Position numbers and translations under genes: made by a program
Source of the DNA: Gemmatimonadales bacterium
Lineage (GTDB): Bacteria > Gemmatimonadota > Gemmatimonadetes > Gemmatimonadales > GWC2-71-9
DNA length: 64,000 nt
Direction of reading: 5' to 3'
NCBI GenBank assembly: GCA_041602035.1
Contig: JBFIHA010000001.1
Span: forward strand, 74,941-138,940
In this document: piece by piece, positions 57,120-64,000 of the stretch
Layout of the letters: every line of letters starts with the position of its first letter
Numbering within the stretch: the first letter of the stretch is position 1
The notes under the pieces: generated by a model
The model's database searches: none
Seen by the model: only the letters and a program-made list of their open reading frames with translations
What the model was told of the DNA's origin: nothing

Positions 57120-57953
57120 TCAGCGTGACGGCGGACCGGCGTTGACTCTAAGCTCCTTCACCACCAGCTCCACGATCATCTCATCGCCCTCAGCGCCCAT
57201 CATCTTCTCCATCCGCTCCATCTGACCTTTCATCATCTGTTCGACCATGGCACGTTGCGCCTCGGGCATCTCGGCCAACTTGCGTTTCATCTCCTCGTAT
57301 TGCGCACGAGTCTCCGGATCCATCGCCTGACCCAGGCCCTCGATCCGGATCGTGGTCCGGAACGGATGCAACATGCCGTCGACCTCGCGGTAATCCTCGA
57401 GATCCGCCACGCTGTGCATCTCGGCCGGTCCGCGGTCCGTCTGCATCTCCCCCCAAAATTCCACCCGTCGCGGTACCCACTGCTCGGTGTCCACGAACAG
57501 CGTCCCACGTTGCGGTCGGAAGTTGGCGTCCTTGGGAATCATGCCCTGGCCGAAATCGACCCGGTCGAGATTGCGCATATCGATCACATGCACGGCGTGA
57601 CCGTCGAGTCGGTCGCGGCCGCGGTACTCGCTGTTGGCGATGAGGACCGGTGCGGCACGCTGGATCGCATCCCAACCCTGCTCGTTCGTACCCGGCATGG
57701 CCATCCCGCCGGTCTGTGCCTGCTTGAGCCGCAGGATGCGGCGGCCGTCGACCATCGTTTTTTCGAAGTAGAGGACGGACTCGAACCCCATGGCGTCTTG
57801 GACGAGCGTGTAATTCTCGACGCCCGCGGTTCGGCGGTCGTACTCGCCAAGCATGCGATCGAAGATCTCCTGCGGCGTTTGGCTGAGGACTGTCGCAGGA
57901 AGCGCCATCCAAACGGTGAGTGCGATGGCAACGGGTTGGACGGGGAAACGCAT
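57120..57953 (-). CDS. secreted hypothetical protein
   Basis: Signal peptide ending LSQ. Coding-like composition with a Met/Glu-rich helical C-terminus. Confidence 0.7.
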   Translation of the reverse strand: MRFPVQPVAIALTVWMALPATVLSQTPQEIFDRMLGEYDRRTAGVENYTLVQDAMGFESVLYFEKTMVDGRRILRLKQAQTGGMAMPGTNEQGWDAIQRAAPVLIANSEYRGRDRLDGHAVHVIDMRNLDRVDFGQGMIPKDANFRPQRGTLFVDTEQWVPRRVEFWGEMQTDRGPAEMHSVADLEDYREVDGMLHPFRTTIRIEGLGQAMDPETRAQYEEMKRKLAEMPEAQRAMVEQMMKGQMERMEKMMGAEGDEMIVELVVKELRVNAGPPSR

Positions 57954-58032
57954 GGTCGCTCCTAGAGGCGTGTCAGGTCGATGATGGCGATGGGTGTCGG
58001 AGCAGTGATACGCCGCAGTGTCACAAAAGTTG

Positions 58033-58602
58033 CTAGCGACTGATCATCACGTGTGCCCACGGTGTGCCCGGGAACATGAGCCACGGCCGATCCGGTGCCG
58101 GCGTCGTGGAGATGCCGGTGCTCTCCTCGGTTGCGTACGGCATGTAGATCACATACAGCCCACGGGCATCGGCGGGCAAGCCGGTATCAGGGTCGAACTC
58201 AGCCTGCAGAAACACGGAATACAGGGCGGCCGGATGGTCCGGCATCGCGAGTCGGCCACTCTGGATCTCGGCGAGCCTGACGGAGTCGATCGCGGCCCGG
58301 TCCGTTCCCGCCGCTCGAAGCGCGCGACCTCGCGCCATGAACGGCTCGAGGGCTCGATGGTAGCAGGCAGCGTGGAACCCCGAGGTGGCGGGATCGTCGG
58401 CCACGCAGATCATGGCATTGGTGCCGGTCCGAAGCGTCACGAGCGATCCCTCCCGATACCCAAGGACCTCGGCGCCGGGCCTGAGGCTGTCAGGGAGGGG
58501 GCTCACGGCCCCGGCGATCTGCAGCTCGGCAGGTTGATCCTGGGCTGCGGCACCAGAGATCCCCACCAAAGCGGCAAGCACAATCAGTATCGCGGTTCGC
58601 AC
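58033..58602 (-). CDS. secreted hypothetical protein
   Basis: Signal peptide ending AAAQ. No recognised domain. Confidence 0.7.
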   Translation of the reverse strand: MRTAILIVLAALVGISGAAAQDQPAELQIAGAVSPLPDSLRPGAEVLGYREGSLVTLRTGTNAMICVADDPATSGFHAACYHRALEPFMARGRALRAAGTDRAAIDSVRLAEIQSGRLAMPDHPAALYSVFLQAEFDPDTGLPADARGLYVIYMPYATEESTGISTTPAPDRPWLMFPGTPWAHVMISR

Positions 58603-58824
58603 GATGTGACTCCCGTTGGATCGAAGCGGGGCCGAACGACCTCTCGCCTCGAAATGGAAGTGTCTCGATCGGGTTTGGCAACTTTTGGGGGCGGGTCGCT
58701 CCCGGATCCCGCCGAGTCACGCTCCGGCTACAGGTGGGAAACGGGCGGTCGGCACGTTACACTCGCACACCCGCTTGTGCCGACACACGGCACCTCGGTA
58801 GGACCACTGGCGCGGAGCACAACG

Positions 58825-59424
58825 ATGTTGAATGTCAGACGTCCCCCATCCCGGTACTGCTTCTCCATTTGGCTGTGCGCCGGGGCGGCGCTTCCCATGA
58901 TCGCCACCCCGCTCCCTGCGCAGGGGTTCTGCTTTCACGGGCACCAGGAGCGTTGCTCGGCGTTCCTGGTGACCGAAGCCGGGGTGGGGTTGTCCGTGCC
59001 GACCGACGACGATGCCAACTTCACGTTCCAATCGGGCGTGCTGTTCAACGTGGGGCCACGGTCAGCGGTGGGTGGTGTGCTCATCGGTGGAGCGTTTCAG
59101 AACGACGTCCGCCTCGGGGCTCGGGTCCGGTACCGCCATTGGGTCACGCCCCAACTCACGCTCGACGTTGCACCCGGCCTGCTGTTCGTCAACGATGCCT
59201 TCACGTCTCGGGAGCCGGGCTTCAGTGGGGAGCTTGCGGTGGGGTACGGAGAATGGGTGGCGGTCGCGGCCCAACTCGAGGTGCTGCCGTTCGAGTTCGC
59301 CACCGATACCCGCGCGTTCTTCGGACTGAAGCTCGGGTCCTACCCGGGCGCTGTGGCAACCGCAGGCGCGGCGCTTTGGGTGGCGGTCCTGGCGATCCTG
59401 ATCAGCGGGACCGAGTTCCAGTAG
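58825..59424 (+). CDS. hypothetical beta-rich membrane/outer-membrane protein
   Basis: Only the C-terminal 199 codons of ORF 58018 look coding. They have a signal-like N-terminus and a terminal hydrophobic helix. Confidence 0.55.
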   Translation: MLNVRRPPSRYCFSIWLCAGAALPMIATPLPAQGFCFHGHQERCSAFLVTEAGVGLSVPTDDDANFTFQSGVLFNVGPRSAVGGVLIGGAFQNDVRLGARVRYRHWVTPQLTLDVAPGLLFVNDAFTSREPGFSGELAVGYGEWVAVAAQLEVLPFEFATDTRAFFGLKLGSYPGAVATAGAALWVAVLAILISGTEFQ

Positions 59425-59439
59425 CGGCGCGCCCGGGCG

Positions 59440-59853
59440 TCACAGACACTTGAACACCTGACCCGGGACGCCTCTCACCAGCGCGAACGTGCCAACAACC
59501 TGGTCGGTGTCGGTCATAGTCACGGTGAGCGACATGGTCCGACCGTTCGTTCGACCGACGTACCGCGCGGGATGAGCATCGGGGGGGACGCCGTCCTGCA
59601 CCGGCCCACCGTGCTCCAGCACGTGCACGCCGCTCAGGTCGAAGCGGCCACTTCCGTCGATGGCGAAGAACCCGTCAATGGTACCGTGGGCGCAGTCATA
59701 CTCGATGGTGGTGCCGCTGGCCGTGATCTCCATCGAGATGTGCTCGCCGCCCCACATACCCAGCAACTGGGGTCCGACGAACTCCGAGCGGCACGTCCCC
59801 GCCAGGGTCGCGCAGGCCGCGACCAGAACCAGAGCCAGATCCCTGCGACGCAT
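59440..59853 (-). CDS. hypothetical lipoprotein
   Basis: The start at MRRRDLALVLVAAC carries a lipobox. The remainder is beta-rich. Confidence 0.6.
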   Translation of the reverse strand: MRRRDLALVLVAACATLAGTCRSEFVGPQLLGMWGGEHISMEITASGTTIEYDCAHGTIDGFFAIDGSGRFDLSGVHVLEHGGPVQDGVPPDAHPARYVGRTNGRTMSLTVTMTDTDQVVGTFALVRGVPGQVFKCL

Positions 59854-60059
59854 ACGTGCGTGCCTCCCTCGGTCCCGTGATGGTGTTGCCGTCTGTTCTG
59901 TATAGTGTACCGCGACCACCGCGCAAAGGTCACAAGTCACGGCCGTTGGCCCCCGGTTCCCCCCTGGGTATCTTGCAGCCTCGTTTCCGCAGCCCGCAAC
60001 GGCCCGGTAGTGCGACGTGGTGTCCTCTCGGTGCCGGCGCGGCCAATCAGAGGGTGGGC

Positions 60060-60752
60060 ATGATTACACCAATTCGGACAGGCGTGGCCGCCGTGATGAC
60101 CGTGGCGCTCGTGAGCGGATGTGCCTCGGAGCGAACGGTGCGCCTGGAGTCATTTGCCGACAGCGCAAGCTACGCCATAGGGATGAACATGGGTGCCTCG
60201 GTCCAACAGGTGAAAGACCAGATCGAGATGGACAAGCTCATGCGTGGGCTCACCGACCAGGCGGAGGGGCGCGACGCCGCGCTCACGCAGCAGCAAGCCA
60301 TGACGGTCTTGCGGGCTTTCGCCACCCAAGTCCAGGCGTCGCAACAACAACACGCGGAGGAGCAGGTGGCGAAGAACAAGCAGGCGGGTGAGGCGTTTCG
60401 CACCGAGAACGCCGCCAAGGCCGGTGTGACGACGACGGCTAGCGGTCTCCAGTACGAGGTGCTGACCCAGGGGACGGGTCCCCGGCCCAAGGCCACCGAT
60501 AACGTGCGGGTGCACTATCGTGGCTCGCTGGTGGACGGCTCGGAATTCGAGAGCTCGTACGACGGCGACCCGGTGACCTTTCCGCTCAATCAAGTGATCC
60601 CGGGTTGGACCGAGGGTGTGCAGCTCATGAACGTGGGGAGCAAGTACCGGTTCGTGCTTCCGCCGGAGCTGGGCTACGGCGACGGGGGTGGACCCGGCGG
60701 ACCCGGTTCGACCTTGATCTTCGAGGTGGAGCTGGTCGGGATCGACGGGTAG
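60060..60752 (+). CDS. FKBP-type peptidyl-prolyl cis-trans isomerase (FkpA-like lipoprotein)
   Basis: Lipobox VSGC, a helical dimerisation N-domain, and GLQYEVL, VHYRGSLVDGSEFESSY and LIFEVELVGI motifs. Confidence 0.93.
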   Translation: MITPIRTGVAAVMTVALVSGCASERTVRLESFADSASYAIGMNMGASVQQVKDQIEMDKLMRGLTDQAEGRDAALTQQQAMTVLRAFATQVQASQQQHAEEQVAKNKQAGEAFRTENAAKAGVTTTASGLQYEVLTQGTGPRPKATDNVRVHYRGSLVDGSEFESSYDGDPVTFPLNQVIPGWTEGVQLMNVGSKYRFVLPPELGYGDGGGPGGPGSTLIFEVELVGIDG

Positions 60753-60782
60753 TCGGCGCCGATCCATCCGAAGCACCCTTGT

Positions 60783-60820
60783 CCGCGCCCGGCCCTCCAG
60801 GCCGGGCGCGGCGCGTTTGG
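60783..60820 (+). terminator. intrinsic terminator after the FKBP isomerase gene
   Basis: Perfect 12-bp stem ccgcgcccggcc / ggccgggcgcgg with a 5-nt loop, then CGCGTTTGG. Confidence 0.65.
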
Positions 60821-61028
60821 TGACCGTAACTGGTTGTCACCCCCGTGATTAGGCGCCGCCGGTGACCGACGTCACCGCTCGGGCGTTGGCTGCGTCATGG
60901 CAGGTGGCGACCCTGGGAACCTATGCTCGGGCCAACGACAGCACTTGGGTTCACTTCAGAGCGTTCGGCCGCAGCACCCGCGCCGCGAGGCACGGCTGCC
61001 CGCGTGCCGGAGCGCAAGGAAGGGCATC

Positions 61029-63056
61029 ATGGTCGGTATACGTGTCAGCCATGCTGTGCGCTCGCTGACGTTGGTCGGCGCCGTGCTCGGCGTGGCCGCT
61101 TGCGCGGACACGCCAGGACTCGGGCCGGACGGCCTAGGAGATTTGCCGGCGTTTGCCAACGACGTCACCATGCTCGGCTTCCAGAGCGAGATGGCGACGG
61201 GCAACGCGGTGCGCATCGAGATCGTGCTGGCGGGCGACGGGCTACTCGCCCGTGAGGTGGCGATCAAGTCCGGTGAGGTGCTCCGGACGCCCGAACGGAT
61301 TCACGGTCACATCACGCATCTCGAGCCCACCAGCACTGGTGGAGTGCTCACGCTCGATATCGGTGGTCTCAAGGTCCAGTTCAGCGGCGAGACCGGCATC
61401 GGTGTCTTCGGGACCGACGGTGCCATGGATCTAGAGACGTTCATCGCGCGGGTGACCGCCGCACTGGCCGAGGGGCACCACCCGGCGGTAGTGGCCATGC
61501 GGGCGCCTCCGGACATGCCCCAGGCACCGGATGACGGCGCGTTCCTGGCCGGCAGGTTATTGCTCGGCGGCGAGGGCGAGGGGCGCATCCTCGTGTTCAA
61601 CATCGTCACGGACAACTTCGAGCGAAACGTCAGCCCACCGCCCGACGGCTGGGTGCTGCTCTTGGGTCTCCGGATCGAATTGCGCGTCTCCGAGGGTCTG
61701 ACGCGCATTCGGAAGGAGCGCGACGATATCCGGGTTGAGCGGTTCGAGGGTGTCGTCGAATCGGTGAACCTCGACCGGCACACGTTCACGCTTCGCAACG
61801 GGACGATCGTGCGGCTGGTGCGGGACAGCGAGATCAAGTACGAGGTGGGTGACGAGCATCGGCTCGGCTCGCTTGAAGATGTCGCTCGCGCGCTCCAGGC
61901 GGGCTTCACGGTTGTGTCGGCTGGCGCCGGCGTGGTCGAAGGGCGAGAACCGCTGCGGCTCGTGGCCATCGCCGTGGTGTTCGAGCTGGCCCGTCCGCCC
62001 ATGGTGGACTTCGAAGGCGTGGTTGCCTCAGTGGATCTCGAGAACCGCTCGGTGCTGCTGGAGCGGGGGGTCACCATCCGCCTCACCGACGACACACAGA
62101 TCGGGTTCCACACCGACCGCGATCACATGCTCGGGTCGCTCGAGGAGGTGGCGAAGGCCATCGCCGACAAGCAGACGGTCGTCGCGGCAGGTGTCGGGAC
62201 GGTGGAGCAACACGAGCCGCCGGTGATCGTGGCGCACAAGGTGGTGTTTGTGCTCCGTCTGCCCCCGATGCGGGAGTTCCGCGGCGTCGTGCAGGCGGTG
62301 CGCCTCCCCGACAGTATCGTCGTCCTGGCCGAAGGACCGGCCGTGCGTGTAACCGCGCACACCGAGATCTCGTTCGAGACGGGCGACGCGGATCGGTACG
62401 GGTCGCTCGAAGCCGTGGCGGAAGCCGTGGCGGCCGGCACCAAGGTCCTCGCCGCCGGGGTGGGCGAGGTGGTGTCTGCCGACGCGGCCCTCATCGTCGC
62501 CAAGAAGATCGTGTTCTTCCGGGCGCCGCCCGACGTGACGGCGTTCCACGGGCTCGTGGAGTCCGTGGATCTCGGGGCACACACGTTCACGCTCAGGGGC
62601 GGACCGGTGGTGCGCATCGGCGACGGCACCGTCATCTGGTTTGCCACCAACGACATGCACGCCCTCAGAAGCTTGGAGGCGGTGGCCGAAGCGTTGATGA
62701 ACCATCAGGTGGTGCTTGCGGCGGGCGTGGGGATCGTGGAAGCGACCGATCCACTCAGGCTGCTCGCGCGCAAGGTGGCCTTCATGGTCGTGCCACCAGG
62801 CATCCAGTACTTCGAAGGGGTGATCGCCTCCGTCGATCACGAGCGGCGGGCGTTCACGATCGAAGGCGGGCCGACGGTCCGGCTCGTTGAGGGGACGATG
62901 ATCGTGCACGAATCGGGCGGTGAGACGCTCGGCAGCTTCGACGCAGTCGCCGAAGTGGTGGGAAGCGGTGGGACCGTCAGGGCCGCGGGCATGGGGCTGC
63001 TCGAGACCTCCGACCCGCTCGTGCTCATCGCGATCGCCGTGATCTTCAGGCTGTAG
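61029..63056 (+). CDS. lipoprotein made of tandem ~88-aa beta-rich repeats (DUF5666-like modules)
   Basis: Lipobox VAAC. Five clear repeats of the pattern FEGVVxSVDL...LGSLExVAxA...AAGVG...VF, plus one degenerate N-terminal copy. Confidence 0.85.
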   Translation: MVGIRVSHAVRSLTLVGAVLGVAACADTPGLGPDGLGDLPAFANDVTMLGFQSEMATGNAVRIEIVLAGDGLLAREVAIKSGEVLRTPERIHGHITHLEPTSTGGVLTLDIGGLKVQFSGETGIGVFGTDGAMDLETFIARVTAALAEGHHPAVVAMRAPPDMPQAPDDGAFLAGRLLLGGEGEGRILVFNIVTDNFERNVSPPPDGWVLLLGLRIELRVSEGLTRIRKERDDIRVERFEGVVESVNLDRHTFTLRNGTIVRLVRDSEIKYEVGDEHRLGSLEDVARALQAGFTVVSAGAGVVEGREPLRLVAIAVVFELARPPMVDFEGVVASVDLENRSVLLERGVTIRLTDDTQIGFHTDRDHMLGSLEEVAKAIADKQTVVAAGVGTVEQHEPPVIVAHKVVFVLRLPPMREFRGVVQAVRLPDSIVVLAEGPAVRVTAHTEISFETGDADRYGSLEAVAEAVAAGTKVLAAGVGEVVSADAALIVAKKIVFFRAPPDVTAFHGLVESVDLGAHTFTLRGGPVVRIGDGTVIWFATNDMHALRSLEAVAEALMNHQVVLAAGVGIVEATDPLRLLARKVAFMVVPPGIQYFEGVIASVDHERRAFTIEGGPTVRLVEGTMIVHESGGETLGSFDAVAEVVGSGGTVRAAGMGLLETSDPLVLIAIAVIFRL

Positions 63057-63078
63057 CAGCCGGCGGGAGTCGACGTGC

Positions 63079-63113
63079 CGACGGGAGGCGGGCAGGGCAG
63101 CCGCCTCCCGTCG
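63079..63113. terminator. bidirectional terminator hairpin between the repeat lipoprotein gene and the convergent hybrid kinase gene
   Basis: Perfect 13-bp stem cgacgggaggcgg / ccgcctcccgtcg with a 9-nt loop. Confidence 0.6.
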
Positions 63114-63127
63114 TGTTAACGGCAGCG

Positions 63128-64000
63128 CTAGGCGCGGGTCGTGAGTTTCGCGGGAATCGGATCGCGGCCGACGAGGTCTCGCACCCGTTCAGCGATGACC
63201 GTCCAGTCCATCGGCTTCGACAGGAAGTCGGCTCCCAAGGTCTTCGCGTCGCGCTGCGCCTGCTGTGTTCCCTCGCCGCTGATGAGCAGCGCCGGGACGG
63301 AGGCAAGCGCCGGTTCGGCGCGCATAGCCTGCAGGACGTCGAGCCCATTCATGCCGGGGAGCTGGTAATCGGTCACGACCGCATGCGGGGGTCGTCGCCT
63401 CGCAAGCTCGAGGCCGGTTGCGCCGTCGGCCGCTTCCACAACGGCGAGTCCCTGCCGGCGGATCAGACGGGCGAGCGCCCCACGCTGCGCAGGATCGTCT
63501 TCGATGAGCAGCACGATGGGCCTTCGGGGAGCGCGTCCGATCCGCAGCACCTCCTCCAGGACGCCGCCGGGGTCCGCCGGAACCCACACGTCGGCCCCGT
63601 AGGCGATGGCTTGCGCGGGAGGGACGTCGCCGCCGATCAACACCGTCGGCAGGTCGGTTGTCTGCGGCCCTTCCCGGAGGCGCCGAACGAACTCGAGTCC
63701 GTGCATGTCGTCGAGTCCGACGTGCGCGACGATTGCGTCGGGCGACCAGCGTTCGATGAGGTCCAGGGCCTCGGATCCATGGGACCGTCCTTCCACCTCG
63801 ATGCTCTCCTGCTCGAGCTCGGTCCGGATGAGCAGAGCCAGATCGGGGTCGGGCACCAGGAGCAGGACACGGCGCATGGCACTCGCGCTGGCTGCGACCG
63901 GGACCGGCGCGGCAACGGGAGCCACGGCGCGCGGCACGCGCACATAAAACCGCGTTCCCCGGCCCTCGCTACTCTCGGCCCACAATTCCCCGCCCAGCTG
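63128..64000 (-). CDS. hybrid sensor histidine kinase, C-terminal part (end of HATPase_c plus two receiver domains); the 5' part is outside the window
   Basis: The frame is open to base 64000 and reads QLGGELWAESSEGRGTRFYV (G2 box). Two REC domains follow (VLLLVPD..., IVLLIEDD...DYQLPGMNG). Confidence 0.88.
   Translation of the reverse strand, partial: QLGGELWAESSEGRGTRFYVRVPRAVAPVAAPVPVAASASAMRRVLLLVPDPDLALLIRTELEQESIEVEGRSHGSEALDLIERWSPDAIVAHVGLDDMHGLEFVRRLREGPQTTDLPTVLIGGDVPPAQAIAYGADVWVPADPGGVLEEVLRIGRAPRRPIVLLIEDDPAQRGALARLIRRQGLAVVEAADGATGLELARRRPPHAVVTDYQLPGMNGLDVLQAMRAEPALASVPALLISGEGTQQAQRDAKTLGADFLSKPMDWTVIAERVRDLVGRDPIPAKLTTRA

Overview
This is a high-GC window (roughly two-thirds G+C by eye) that is densely coding. 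I support 58 protein-coding genes from the ORF track plus motif reading. I found no rRNA, tRNA, CRISPR array, transposase, integrase or phage genes. The content looks like ordinary chromosome from an environmental Gram-negative bacterium. A Gemmatimonadota-like origin is my guess, inferred from the many Sec/TAT-exported hydrolases, the kinase architecture and the GC content.

Recognisable blocks:
- An OmpR-type two-component pair next to a spondin_N lipoprotein.
- An M23 peptidase, two signal-peptide-bearing SAM methyltransferases and an APC permease.
- nagB next to a large secreted TIM-barrel-like protein.
- PPK2, a sodium:solute symporter and an S10 carboxypeptidase.
- A sugar-oxidation cluster at 19.2-26.8 kb: xylose-isomerase-like TIM barrel protein, ApbE, DoxX, TAT-exported Gfo/Idh/MocA oxidoreductase, nucleoside-type MFS transporter, a second Gfo/Idh/MocA oxidoreductase and a DUF1080 protein.
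- An amidohydrolase, mgtE and a GAF-GGDEF protein.
- An aminotransferase-thiolase-CoA-transferase operon.
- A DEAD-box helicase, topoisomerase IB and an M28 peptidase.
- PP2C phosphatase, a CheY-like receiver and a Ser/Thr kinase.
- An FKBP isomerase and a lipoprotein built from five 88-aa tandem repeats.

The two most interesting signals are:
1. The ApbE-DoxX-TAT-oxidoreductase trio. The exported oxidoreductase carries a DAVTSAT sequence that resembles the ApbE flavinylation motif, and the ApbE has no signal peptide. This suggests a previously uncharacterised flavinylated periplasmic sugar dehydrogenase wired to the quinone pool.
2. A family of short-period (7-8 nt) G-rich micro-repeat elements placed immediately 3' of stop codons, always G-rich on the sense strand of the upstream gene. 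Several fit the canonical G-quadruplex pattern. One subfamily supplies the in-frame TAG stop itself.

All functional calls come from reading translated motifs. No database search was run.
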